A stretch of DNA of 64,000 nt. Source: a virus. The position numbers and the translations under genes were made by a program. Shown here piece by piece: positions 43,727 through 53,129 of the stretch. Position 1 is the first letter of the stretch; the number at the start of each line of letters is the position of its first letter. Below the pieces are notes generated by a model. It did no database searches, was not told the DNA's origin, and was given only the letters and a program-made list of their open reading frames with translations. The stretch spans positions 81,284 through 145,283 of IMG/VR virus record IMGVR_UViG_3300032722_000006; one strand, 5' to 3'.

Positions 43727-44125
43727 TCAGCGGCCGAATTGCCGCGAACGTAGGTCAGAGACGAACATCTGCAGGTCAGGCGACAAACGGGACACATCAA
43801 CGCTTGCGACCTCGTGGAGGACGATCGATGCGATGGCGTCCTTCTGGTCCTTGTCGCCCTTGACGAACTCGACCTGGAGCTGGTGGAGGTGCTGGTTCAC
43901 GCCGTCGACGTAGGCCTGCGAATGGGTGAACGTATCGTGGCGAACCTGCTCGTAGGCAGGGTCAAAGACCTTGTGCTGGGCGAGGTCGTTCGCCTGACCG
44001 CACCATCCCAATGCAACGCTGCTCATGACGATGCACATGCCGGCGGCGACGGTGCCCACGATACCGAGTCCCCATTTCACGAGCGACACTGATTCATCTT
44101 CTTGAAGGTTCATGTAGTGACCCAT
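43727..44125 (-). CDS. membrane-anchored protein
   Basis: TM helix; VR..TF..SQAYV.G. Confidence 0.65.
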   Translation of the reverse strand: MGHYMNLQEDESVSLVKWGLGIVGTVAAGMCIVMSSVALGWCGQANDLAQHKVFDPAYEQVRHDTFTHSQAYVDGVNQHLHQLQVEFVKGDKDQKDAIASIVLHEVASVDVSRLSPDLQMFVSDLRSRQFGR

Positions 44126-44216
44126 CTATGTATTCCTCACACGTGTTTGGTCGTCCAGCCTGCAGCTCGGAGCTTGAGAATCAGGTCAGCGCTAATGTCG
44201 TGCATGCTCGTTTCAT

Positions 44217-44438
44217 TCATAGCAACCCCACCTCGTGTTCCGCGAACTTGATGAACGCGCGTTCGTCGCCGCACGTCACCCATAGCCCTCCGCAACCCTC
44301 GGTTGCGGGTCCCAGCTTGAGGCACCAACCGGCCAAACAATCCGTACGATCATCATGCCGTTCGGAGATCGACCAACCCAGCGAGATCAGCACGTCCATC
44401 GCGTGCTGAAGCCCAATGATCTTCGTTGAGATGCTCAT
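44217..44438 (-). CDS. hypothetical protein
   Basis: ORF. Confidence 0.5.
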   Translation of the reverse strand: MSISTKIIGLQHAMDVLISLGWSISERHDDRTDCLAGWCLKLGPATEGCGGLWVTCGDERAFIKFAEHEVGLL

Positions 44439-44442
44439 CGTT

Positions 44443-44766
44443 TCATCCGATCAGGTTGTACATGACCGTCCCGTTCGAGAGCGGGTTGAACCGGCCGAAG
44501 ACGCGGGGGTGTCGCTTCAGGGCGAGGAACACTGCGGCGTACGTGACGTGCCGGGCGTTCGTCGGGTGTTCGCGTAGGGCGGCGAGGAGCTGCGGGATCG
44601 ACGCGAGCTCGTGGCCGCGTCGACCCATGACCTCCTTGAGGAGGGAAGGAACGGAGCGGACGAGAAATGCGTCACTCCTCGGCATCCTGGGTTGCTTGAC
44701 CCAACGCTGCATGGTGTTGGCGGGCTTGTATTGCCTGACGGTGTTGGGAGCTAGCCTGGTCTTCAT
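44443..44766 (-). CDS. hypothetical (HTH-like) protein
   Basis: ORF with -10 upstream. Confidence 0.55.
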   Translation of the reverse strand: MKTRLAPNTVRQYKPANTMQRWVKQPRMPRSDAFLVRSVPSLLKEVMGRRGHELASIPQLLAALREHPTNARHVTYAAVFLALKRHPRVFGRFNPLSNGTVMYNLIG

Positions 44767-44819
44767 GCTCTGGATGGTACCAACTGGGCACCCAAATATA
44801 CACCGTCATGGGTAGGCGG

Positions 44820-45011
44820 TCACTTCTTTTCGAAGAACAAGGCGTGCACGATGGTGCCCACGACGACCACGGGGGCCAGGACGACGAAGGCGGCCTGGAA
44901 CAGCAGCCCGAACGCTGCAATCAGCGGGATCATTGCGATGATGACAGCGGTGAAACCCGCGATCCAAGCGTAGTCCTTCAGCACGAGAGGCTCAACATTC
45001 TGCTTTTTCAT
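44820..45011 (-). CDS. membrane protein
   Basis: hydrophobic. Confidence 0.55.
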   Translation of the reverse strand: MKKQNVEPLVLKDYAWIAGFTAVIIAMIPLIAAFGLLFQAAFVVLAPVVVVGTIVHALFFEKK

Positions 45012-45444
45012 CTGCGACGTCGCCCTTCTTCGTGGAAAGGTCCCGTCGACGACGTGCAGAAGCGCACACCTTCGTATTCTCGCTACGTGGTAGTGGTAGT
45101 GTTGTTCATCCTCAGGGGGATGAGACTGCTGTCACGGCACCTTTCCACGGATCTAAGTAGGATCGCGCGGGGACTTTGTTAGAGCTGTACCATTCGAGTG
45201 CGCATCAAGGCCGTCAGCGCGCAATGTCACGAAATTTCTCGTGTCACGTGCGCACAGTGAACTTAGGTGCACGGGATCTTGCGCGTGATTTTTGTGCAGC
45301 CGGATCAGGCGTACGCACCGCGGGATGGCCCTACAAAGGTTGCCAGAGGGGTGGGGGGCCCCACCCCCTTTTAGGGGGCTTCGTATGGGGCCTCGCGTGC
45401 CTTCCCGAGGGGCCCCGCCCCATGGGGCCCCCTGTGACCCCGTT

Positions 45445-45660
45445 TCACCCGGCGACCTTGATCCACCCGCCGTCGAGCCACACGTACTTCTGACCCTTCC
45501 CGGTGCCGAGACCGGCGCCGAAGAAGGAGAAGCAGTTGAGGCACATGTTCGCCCAGGGACCGCGGCGCGTCTTGCCGTCGACGTAGGCGTGGTCGCAGGA
45601 GGTGCTGCAGAAGTCGCAGTTGATGTGATCGGCGTGGGTGGAGGCGGCGTGGTTGATCAT
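45445..45660 (-). CDS. small Cys-rich protein
   Basis: leaderless promoter; CDFC...WANMC..C. Confidence 0.7.
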   Translation of the reverse strand: MINHAASTHADHINCDFCSTSCDHAYVDGKTRRGPWANMCLNCFSFFGAGLGTGKGQKYVWLDGGWIKVAG

Positions 45661-45729
45661 GATCTAGATCCTATCATCGAAAGCCGATGGCTTTCACTGA
45701 GGCTTTCCACCACCGTTGGGACCAGGTTT

Positions 45730-45954
45730 TCACCGCATCTCATCGAGGAGGTCGACGAAGGCGAAGGCGTCCGGGGTGAGGCACTCTGCCACGTACCCGG
45801 CAGGGACGTGCTTGACGTTGAGGTCAACCTGGTCGACCCTCTTGCCGAAGGGAGCGAGGACGCCAATCTCGTCTCCCATGTCGTTGCGAATCGAGACGAC
45901 GAGGCCGAGCTGGTGCGAGGTGACCATGACCTGAGTTTCGGTGAGGATGATCAT
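45730..45954 (-). CDS. hypothetical protein
   Basis: leaderless promoter. Confidence 0.7.
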   Translation of the reverse strand: MIILTETQVMVTSHQLGLVVSIRNDMGDEIGVLAPFGKRVDQVDLNVKHVPAGYVAECLTPDAFAFVDLLDEMR

Positions 45955-45984
45955 GATCAGACTGTACCACCGATCGTGGTTGGG

Positions 45985-46197
45985 TTACACCGCCTCGCAG
46001 TTCCGGTCGTGGTCCTCCCCCGCCGGCTGACCGCAGCCATGGCAGTCGCCGTCCCCGATGAGAAAGGGAGGCAGAAGCTTCCCGCAGCCGGCCGGGCCAT
46101 GACAGTACAGCGCATCCTCGTGGAGAGGTCCGGCGTTGCAGAACGGGCACTTCCAGGGATCCTTGCCTGACCACAGCGGGTTGATTTTGGCTTCCAT
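45985..46197 (-). CDS. Cys-rich zinc-binding protein
   Basis: leaderless promoter; CxxC motifs. Confidence 0.65.
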   Translation of the reverse strand: MEAKINPLWSGKDPWKCPFCNAGPLHEDALYCHGPAGCGKLLPPFLIGDGDCHGCGQPAGEDHDRNCEAV

Positions 46198-46218
46198 GGT
46201 CCGATCTTACCACCTATC

Positions 46219-46371
46219 TCAGTCGAGTTGCACCGTCGCACCGAGCAACCGCGCCAGCCGCTTCGCCCTCTGGCCGCAGATGTAGTGCAGTTGGCCGGTC
46301 TTCTTCACCCGCACGCAGATCATCAGGCCGATCCACATCTGGACGTCCACCACGTCGAGGTAGGCGTTCAT
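46219..46371 (-). CDS. hypothetical protein
   Basis: ATGA-coupled to 26-aa peptide. Confidence 0.5.
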   Translation of the reverse strand: MNAYLDVVDVQMWIGLMICVRVKKTGQLHYICGQRAKRLARLLGATVQLD

Positions 46372-46448
46372 CGTCTGCCGACGTTCGACCAGGCAAAGAG
46401 CGTGATGATTGCTGCGACGATGCAGACGAAGATGCCGATGGGTCCCAT
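46368..46448 (-). CDS. 26-aa membrane peptide
   Basis: GTGCAA-N18-TAGACT-N5-ATG; MGPIGIFVCIVAAIITLFAWSNVGRR. Confidence 0.6.
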   Translation of the reverse strand: MGPIGIFVCIVAAIITLFAWSNVGRR

Positions 46449-46553
46449 GGTTCAGTCTACCACGGTCTGAAGTGCCGTTGCACTGAAGCACCTCAGGTCG
46501 AGCCGATGGCTTTCACTGAGGCTTTCCACCACTGAAGTCGTTGGTGTTGCACC

Positions 46554-46877
46554 TCACATCCACTCGCAGGTGGCCGCCGTGCCGGAACCCTGCAGGAGCT
46601 CCTTCTGCTCGCCGCACGTCCATCGCAGTGCACTGGGCTGCACTGCTGAGACCTTCGCTGCCGGAGCGTGGCCGACGATGACCATCATCGGCACCCGGAT
46701 GATCAGGGGAGGGTCGGCCGGGAGGTCGAAGGTGACCACTGCCTCAGGGACATGCGAATTGACGTGGGTCTGCGAGTGGGTCTGGTTGTTGGGAGCGTAC
46801 GTGGCCGCCCGGGCGATGAGTGCGAAGAAGGTGATGAGGAGGGAGAACGTGAGGATTGCGGTGGTTGCCTTGATCAT
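46554..46877 (-). CDS. secreted hypothetical protein
   Basis: signal peptide; leaderless promoter. Confidence 0.7.
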   Translation of the reverse strand: MIKATTAILTFSLLITFFALIARAATYAPNNQTHSQTHVNSHVPEAVVTFDLPADPPLIIRVPMMVIVGHAPAAKVSAVQPSALRWTCGEQKELLQGSGTAATCEWM

Positions 46878-46912
46878 GAATCCATCTTACCACCGACAGA
46901 TGGTGGTATTCA

Positions 46913-47281
46913 CTACGCATCCTCGTACTCGAGCTCCTCCTGCTCGGCGTCCTCGTACGAGAGGCGGGCAGCGTAGGGATCGCTGTCGTCTGCCGGGACT
47001 GCGCAGTGGTGGCAGTTGTCGCCGCACCCGAGGAACTCCTCGAGGGTGTCCTGCTCGACGCGCTCCTCCAACGTCATGTAGCGCGGGTTCCCGTCCTCGT
47101 CCGTCGTCATCCGGGCGCGGTCCAGGAGGACCATCGCCTCCGTGACCTCCCGAGGCGCCTCGAGGTCGCGGGAGAACTCGCCGCCGTCGAAGCTGCGGTC
47201 TGCTTTTGCGAACGCAGCATAGTCCATGACGTACTGGTGTGCTGCGACGAGGATGACCTGCTCAATCAGGGTGTGGTTCAT
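46913..47281 (-). CDS. acidic hypothetical protein
   Basis: leaderless promoter. Confidence 0.7.
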   Translation of the reverse strand: MNHTLIEQVILVAAHQYVMDYAAFAKADRSFDGGEFSRDLEAPREVTEAMVLLDRARMTTDEDGNPRYMTLEERVEQDTLEEFLGCGDNCHHCAVPADDSDPYAARLSYEDAEQEELEYEDA

Positions 47282-47527
47282 GGTCAGATCCTATCACCGT
47301 TGATGGTGGTGTTGCACCGTCAGTGGACGCGGTAGGCGACCTCGCCGCACTCTCAGCGAGCGTGTCTGTTCGCCTTGAGGAACGCCTTCGCCTCACGCTT
47401 CTTAGCGAACCGGGCGATCGCCCCCGAGGGGCGCGCTGGTGATGGTGACCTTCTTGGGAACTGCGAGGACCATCTTACCACGGTCCCACCGATTATTCAC
47501 CGATGGAACCGTGGGTTCAGGTGATGG

Positions 47528-47833
47528 TCACCCGCAACAGGACGGGTTACCCGTCCACACCTCCTCGACCTGGGTCTCCCCCACACGGGTGAGGAACAAC
47601 TCGTAGCGATAGGGACCCACCCTGTCGCCGGCGTGGTGGGTGACCTTCTTCAACGTAGGATGGAAGAGGTCCTCGTCGAGGCTGACGACACACGCCTGGG
47701 TCGGACCGTCACACGATCCAGGAAACACCTCGTCGAAGTGTCCGACGAACGTCACCTGAACGCGTGACCGGGGTGTGACCTTCAGGAAAAGCTTCTGACC
47801 CGGTGTGAGTGAGGTAACCTTGTGATTGATCAT
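47528..47833 (-). CDS. hypothetical protein
   Basis: leaderless promoter. Confidence 0.7.
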   Translation of the reverse strand: MINHKVTSLTPGQKLFLKVTPRSRVQVTFVGHFDEVFPGSCDGPTQACVVSLDEDLFHPTLKKVTHHAGDRVGPYRYELFLTRVGETQVEEVWTGNPSCCG

Positions 47834-48121
47834 GATAAAACTATAACATAGTTCGACCATGACTTACACAGGTCAGACCTCAGTGCACCTGCTTGAGGAA
47901 CCGCCTCGCATCGTGCTTCCGCGGGAACCTCGCCACCGCGCCCGTGGGGAAGATGAGCTTGACGCCCTTGTGGCTGACGACGTACGCGATGCCGTGCTTC
48001 TTCGCGAGCTTCTTCATGGCCTCTTCACCTCTTGGGTCGATCCTACCACAGATCATGGTGGTTTACACCGTTAATCCTCGCGCTGTCGTGCAACGCGTGC
48101 CGCCGTCCGAACGCGTGTCCT

Positions 48122-48340
48122 CTACCGTCCGCCGAAGGCGTCCAAGACGATGTGACCGGAGACGTCCTTGACCAGCATGCCCGAGCGCTTCCCGCCGTCC
48201 ATGGCGATGAACTCGGCGACCGTGCCGGGGACGAGGCGCCGACCCGGGACGGGCTGGACGTCGAAGAAGCGACCGATCTCGCGGCGGTCCGTCGCGTGGA
48301 TGACGTTGATCGAGGAGACCAGGATCTGGATCTTGTTCAT
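48122..48340 (-). CDS. hypothetical protein
   Basis: leaderless promoter. Confidence 0.7.
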   Translation of the reverse strand: MNKIQILVSSINVIHATDRREIGRFFDVQPVPGRRLVPGTVAEFIAMDGGKRSGMLVKDVSGHIVLDAFGGR

Positions 48341-48409
48341 GGTTGGATCGTACCTCCGTCAGGGACCGGGTTACACTGCGAAGATAAGCTAAGGAAGCGG
48401 TGCGTCAGG

Positions 48410-48736
48410 TCACTGCGTTGCGAGCCAGACGTCGAACGCTTTCGCGTACCTACGACCCTTCGGGGTGAGTGCGTAGAGGAGGCGTCCTCCCTTACCCCTG
48501 TGACGCATCGTCTTTCCCACGACCTTGATGAAGCCTCGGGTGACGAGGGAGTACTCACCGCCGTTGCCGTGTCCGTAACGGGTGAAGTAACAGTGGTTGG
48601 ACGTCTCCTTGAACGGGATCGTGGATGGCCCGTCTCGGTGCACTGCGCGGAGAATCTCCAACCGCGTGCAGGGTTGGGGATGCACGCTGAGCAGGAATGA
48701 ACAGATGTGATGCGTCTTGGTGTTGTTCTTGATCAT
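48410..48736 (-). CDS. winged-helix-like protein
   Basis: LV.RGFI...YALTPKGR; leaderless promoter. Confidence 0.65.
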   Translation of the reverse strand: MIKNNTKTHHICSFLLSVHPQPCTRLEILRAVHRDGPSTIPFKETSNHCYFTRYGHGNGGEYSLVTRGFIKVVGKTMRHRGKGGRLLYALTPKGRRYAKAFDVWLATQ

Positions 48737-48777
48737 GATCAGATCCTATCACCAAAGTGGACCGGGTTACACTGCGC

Positions 48778-48981
48778 TCAATTACCTTCACCGTCCTCGT
48801 CGGGATCCTCGAACGGATCGATGTCAGCGTCGTGCAACGCCCGGTGGAGGGCGTTGCAGACGTCGGAGCTGGAGGAGTAGAGGTCGTTGGCGTCGTTTAT
48901 GACGACGGTCAACAGTGACTCGAGGAGCTTTTCCTGGGCGTTGGGGGCGAGTTGCTCGATGATGTCCTTGGCCTTGATCAT
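48778..48981 (-). CDS. hypothetical protein
   Basis: leaderless promoter. Confidence 0.7.
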   Translation of the reverse strand: MIKAKDIIEQLAPNAQEKLLESLLTVVINDANDLYSSSSDVCNALHRALHDADIDPFEDPDEDGEGN

Positions 48982-49053
48982 GATCAGATCCTATCCCAGA
49001 TTGTGGTCGGGTTTCACTGCGAAGATAAGCTAAGGAAGCTGTGCGGGATCACA

Positions 49054-49365
49054 TCACTCGTTGAACTGCTTGATGAGACGCTTCAGGTGCTTCAGGTCCC
49101 GCACCTTGACGTTCAGGTCGCTTGAGTGCTTCTCCCTGTCAGACCAGATGTTGATGAAGTCGACGCCGGCGTCGTAGTACTCGTTGTCGTTCCCGCAACA
49201 GGTGAGATACCACCCACACCCGTCACCATCAGGCTTGGGACCCACGACGAAGACGCCGTCTTTTTCCCACCTCTCACACGAGGTGACGTCCTTCACACCT
49301 GCGTCCCGCAGGATGCGCTTCAGGTCTCCCACCAGTTTCTTTGTGACCTGTGATACGTTGATCAT
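49054..49365 (-). CDS. hypothetical protein
   Basis: promoter + SD. Confidence 0.65.
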   Translation of the reverse strand: MINVSQVTKKLVGDLKRILRDAGVKDVTSCERWEKDGVFVVGPKPDGDGCGWYLTCCGNDNEYYDAGVDFINIWSDREKHSSDLNVKVRDLKHLKRLIKQFNE

Positions 49366-49430
49366 GTGTCCTTCCTTTCCACCATGGAAGACCATTCTAC
49401 CACAGATCACGGTGTTTTACACCGTCACCC

Positions 49431-49607
49431 TCAGTGGTTGTCGTTCGTCCTCACCCCGACGAAGGGGGTCCCGTCTTCGGTCTTCCGGAACTCGAGGAAC
49501 TCGATGTCAAACTCGACGTCTGAGTCGGTGTCCATCAGGAGTTCCTTGTCCCCGTGTCCCTCGGACGCCAGGTCGTCCACCAGTTCCTTCAACTGATTGA
49601 GTGTCAT
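49431..49607 (-). CDS. hypothetical protein
   Basis: promoter + SD GGAGG. Confidence 0.65.
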   Translation of the reverse strand: MTLNQLKELVDDLASEGHGDKELLMDTDSDVEFDIEFLEFRKTEDGTPFVGVRTNDNH

Positions 49608-49775
49608 GTGGTTTCCTCCATCTGAGACCATTCTACCATAGTTCCTTGTGAGTTACACTGCGCACCCCCGGATGTAGAATCCGGGGGCACCAGGAGCGCT
49701 AACTCACCGCGCTAGTACATGCACCGGAGTGCAATCACGCACCTTGGTACGCTTGATCAGGGTGCGCACCGGCTC

Positions 49776-50153
49776 CTAGAGCTCCCAGTGACCGATGAAC
49801 GCCGAGTGCCGCGTACCCTTGTGCAGGTCGCACTGGCAGTCCGGAAAATCCGCGGTGTGCACCGCAAGTAGTTTGGCGTGGTCACACTGCTCGAGGTGCT
49901 CAGGGTCCGGACCGTATGCGCACAGCATGCCGTAGCACACCGCGTACATGGTGGCGCCGGGAAACTCGGTGAGCGTGCCGTCTGCGAAGAGGGGTGTGAG
50001 TAACGCCTTTTCGAAGCGCATGAACTCGATGGTGTCGGGATCGGTGATGTGGGTGTGTACGTCGAGTTGGAAACGTGGCGTGCGCTTGGCGAGTGCGTTG
50101 GGCATGTGGGCACCATGAGCGTGTGGGTTTTTATTTTCGCTTACGTTAACCAT
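49776..50153 (-). CDS. hypothetical protein
   Basis: promoter with TATAAT. Confidence 0.6.
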   Translation of the reverse strand: MVNVSENKNPHAHGAHMPNALAKRTPRFQLDVHTHITDPDTIEFMRFEKALLTPLFADGTLTEFPGATMYAVCYGMLCAYGPDPEHLEQCDHAKLLAVHTADFPDCQCDLHKGTRHSAFIGHWEL

Positions 50154-50256
50154 CTGAGACCATTATATCACAAATCACTGTGATATACACTGCACTCTTG
50201 GTACCTGTCTCCCCGCCGCAGGCACGCAACGCGTGCCTGCGTCCGAACGCGTGACA

Positions 50257-50625
50257 TCAACCGTCGCTGTGGAAGTCCTCACGCCCCGTGTCCGGAGGAC
50301 GTACGTCGTCCTCGTCGTCCTCGCACTCGCACTCGTCGATCGGGAGGCCGCACCCCTCGCACTCCTCCTCGTCCTCCAGTTCCTCGCCGTCGCAGTCCCG
50401 CCCCTCCTCCAGGACCCACTCCACCATCTTCTCGACCACGCCCGGGTTGTCGTCCAGGAAGTCGAAGAGGCTGGTCGCCGAGGCGCCCTCCGCGCCACGG
50501 GTGGTGCATCCCATGTGGAGCTGGGACCACGATCCCCGACCGTAGCCGAGGAGGAAGGCGAGCGCCGCAGCCTGCCGGGACCCGCTGTTCTCGTGAAGGT
50601 TCTCGATCTCCTTACGCGTCGTCAT
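50257..50625 (-). CDS. acidic hypothetical protein
   Basis: promoter + SD AAGGAGG. Confidence 0.7.
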   Translation of the reverse strand: MTTRKEIENLHENSGSRQAAALAFLLGYGRGSWSQLHMGCTTRGAEGASATSLFDFLDDNPGVVEKMVEWVLEEGRDCDGEELEDEEECEGCGLPIDECECEDDEDDVRPPDTGREDFHSDG

Positions 50626-50669
50626 GGTGACCTCCTTGGTTTGTGATCAGATCCTATCACCGTTGGGAT

Positions 50670-50855
50670 TCAGTTTTCACTGTAGAAGAAGTGGTTGACG
50701 GCGCGCCTGACATCGGCGATGGCCACGTCCTCCTGCAGCGTGCGCAGCCACGTGGGACGCTTCACGAACTCCTCGCGAGGTGACGCGGAACGCGTGTCGA
50801 CCTTGAGCGGGGCGTAGCGGATGTCGATCTCGACCGGAGCCTGGATGGTGATCAT
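50670..50855 (-). CDS. hypothetical protein
   Basis: leaderless promoter. Confidence 0.65.
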   Translation of the reverse strand: MITIQAPVEIDIRYAPLKVDTRSASPREEFVKRPTWLRTLQEDVAIADVRRAVNHFFYSEN

Positions 50856-51164
50856 GGTCAGATACTACCATCGAACACAGTCGATTTACACTGCGCTTTA
50901 ACGACGAATGGGCCGGAAACCGGCCCCATCCGCGCCTCGCTGTCATGGGCGCTTAGGACGCCCGGCGAAGATTTCTGTCTTTAGCTGCGGCCTCTCCGCC
51001 GCACGCTTTTGCCCCGACGTCTCATCATCTGGTTCATGCCCTTCGAGGTGGGAAGCAGGTGAGGGGGTCTTCATCGCATCCGGTGCCCGCCTCTACGCCG
51101 GTCCTTCAACACACTCATCGCACAAGTTGCTACGGAGGTGCTCTTGCCATGTCCTTATCCTACC

Positions 51165-51488
51165 TCAGGTGCCAGGTACCTTGCACTGCGCCTTCTCGTT
51201 CGCGATCCGGGCGAGCTGACCGGCGTGGTAGAGGACGATGTCCTTCGCCCGCGAGTAGTGCTGACCGGTCAGGTGCTTCCCGGCGAGGAGCCACCGGGCG
51301 TAGTAGGAGCCGCGCTTGCCGCGGATCCCGTCGAAGCCGATGTTGTTGTGGTGCTTGGTGCGGGACTCCGCCTTCTCGTCGGCGGTCTGGCGCTCGTAGA
51401 TGGCCAGGATCCCCCGCTCGATCGCCTTGCGCGCCGTGTCGGGGTTGGTGGAGTTGATGAGAGCCTGGATACTTTCCTTGGTCCACAT
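51165..51488 (-). CDS. conserved-looking phage hypothetical protein
   Basis: IYERQTADE......HN.IGF; leaderless promoter. Confidence 0.75.
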   Translation of the reverse strand: MWTKESIQALINSTNPDTARKAIERGILAIYERQTADEKAESRTKHHNNIGFDGIRGKRGSYYARWLLAGKHLTGQHYSRAKDIVLYHAGQLARIANEKAQCKVPGT

Positions 51489-51625
51489 GAGTCCATTCTA
51501 CCACAGTGCACCAAGGATTGCACCATCGTCGCGGGCACCTAACGCGTGCCCTTGGCGAAGGATGGTCAGAAGATATTACCTCGTGGGGTCAGCGGGTTAC
51601 ACAGTGCATGAAACTGCGCCGTTGA

Positions 51626-52315
51626 TCACCCCCGCTTGTTGGGCTTCAGCTTCGCCAAGGCCTTCGCCTCGATCGCCATGATGCGCTCTCGCACGCCGTC
51701 GTCGCTCGTAACGCGTGCCTGTGCAGGGACGCCGAAGCGAAGCCGGAGGACCTTCTCCTCACGGGGCGTGAGCGCCTTGAAGACAGCGCACAGGCTGTCG
51801 ATCTCTGCCTTCGCATCGAGGATCGCCGCCGCCGAGGGCGTCGCATTGTCCGCGACCGTATCCCCAAGGTGTGCCCCGTCGTCATCACCGATGGGAACGT
51901 CGAGGCTCACAGGGTCCTTCACGGTCTTGAGGAGCTTGCGCACCTGCTCGACCGGAGCTCCCAGCTTCTGGGCGATCTCGTCGTGGGTGGGCTCCCGCTT
52001 CAGCTGGTGGGTGAGCGCCCGGGCGGCCTTGACGAGGACGCTGATCTCGGCGAGGGTGTGTTCCGGGATCCGGATGGTGTGGCCCTGCTCCGCCAGCGCG
52101 CGGTTGATCCCCTGACGGATCCACCACACCGCGTACGTGGAGAACTTGACGCCGCGTTCCGGGTCGAACTTCTGCGCCGCGGTCATGAGCCCGATAGCGC
52201 CCTCCTGGACCAGGTCCTCGTGCGCCAGGCCCCTGTTCTTATATTTGTTCGCAACCCAGTGAACGAGCTTGATGTTCTCCTTCACCGTCTTGGCAACCTC
52301 TTGATTGGTCATCAT
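51626..52315 (-). CDS. sigma-70 family factor (RpoD-like, lacks region 1, altered region 4)
   Basis: DLVQEG.IGL, FSTYAVWWIRQ, TIRIP, LTPREEKVLRLRFG, IEAKAL.KL. Confidence 0.92.
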   Translation of the reverse strand: MMTNQEVAKTVKENIKLVHWVANKYKNRGLAHEDLVQEGAIGLMTAAQKFDPERGVKFSTYAVWWIRQGINRALAEQGHTIRIPEHTLAEISVLVKAARALTHQLKREPTHDEIAQKLGAPVEQVRKLLKTVKDPVSLDVPIGDDDGAHLGDTVADNATPSAAAILDAKAEIDSLCAVFKALTPREEKVLRLRFGVPAQARVTSDDGVRERIMAIEAKALAKLKPNKRG

Positions 52316-52470
52316 GAGATCACTGTACCACAGTGGCCGTCAGGTTACACTGTGATACCGTTGAGGGTTGTACGACAAAAAGACGGTGCGAGCGCGCGCT
52401 TCGCTTTCCTGGCCGGCATAAAGGTGCCGGAACCCAATTCGCAGGGGGCGTCCGTCCCGCCTAAGTCATG

Positions 52471-52743
52471 TCAGTTCTTCTCGCGCTTGCTCGCCTTCTT
52501 GGGCTCGCCCCCGCCGCCCGACTTCTTGCCGTTGGTCCGGCCGATGCGCTTCAGCGGAGCGGCGCAGTTCGCCCGCTTGTTGAAGGACCAGTCCTGGAGC
52601 TGGGACAGCGTGAGGCGGAACGTCCCCTCGCCAGCGCGGATGCGTGCGCGGACCCACGCCTTGAGCGAGAGGCCCGACGCGGCCTTCTTCCACTCGTTCT
52701 TGATGCGCTGCGACTGCGACGGCTTGAACGACTTCGCCTTCAT
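52471..52743 (-). CDS. basic hypothetical protein
   Basis: K/R-rich ORF with SD. Confidence 0.6.
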   Translation of the reverse strand: MKAKSFKPSQSQRIKNEWKKAASGLSLKAWVRARIRAGEGTFRLTLSQLQDWSFNKRANCAAPLKRIGRTNGKKSGGGGEPKKASKREKN

Positions 52744-52756
52744 GCGTGACCTTTCG

Positions 52757-52861
52757 CTAGTGGATGAGTGCTTCGACGAGCGCGGCGCATCCGATCAAGA
52801 GAGCGATCGAGATCACGCCGGACGCCAGCAGGAGACCCGTGTAGAAGAGCACCTGCTTCAT
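52757..52861 (-). CDS. small membrane peptide
   Basis: leaderless promoter; hydrophobic. Confidence 0.55.
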   Translation of the reverse strand: MKQVLFYTGLLLASGVISIALLIGCAALVEALIH

Positions 52862-52947
52862 GCTGCTACAGTACCACCTCAGTGGTCCGTTGTTCACTGG
52901 CCCAACGTCGCTAGGCGACTTGGGTGCACCGGGTGCATGACCTTCGG

Positions 52948-53094
52948 TCACTGTCCCCCGTCGAGGTGCTCCTTCTGGCGACGAGCGTCCTTCGGACGCC
53001 TGTCTGCCCGGTGCCGGTGGGTGGTCTGCGTCTTGCCGAAGCGTGCGAACATTGCGACGGCGATCGGGTTGCGCGGCTTGGCGGGCTTCTTCAT
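52948..53094 (-). CDS. small basic protein
   Basis: MKKPAKPRNPIA...; promoter upstream. Confidence 0.6.
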   Translation of the reverse strand: MKKPAKPRNPIAVAMFARFGKTQTTHRHRADRRPKDARRQKEHLDGGQ

Positions 53095-53129
53095 GATGGA
53101 TCGATCCTACCAGGTTCGAGGTGGAACGT

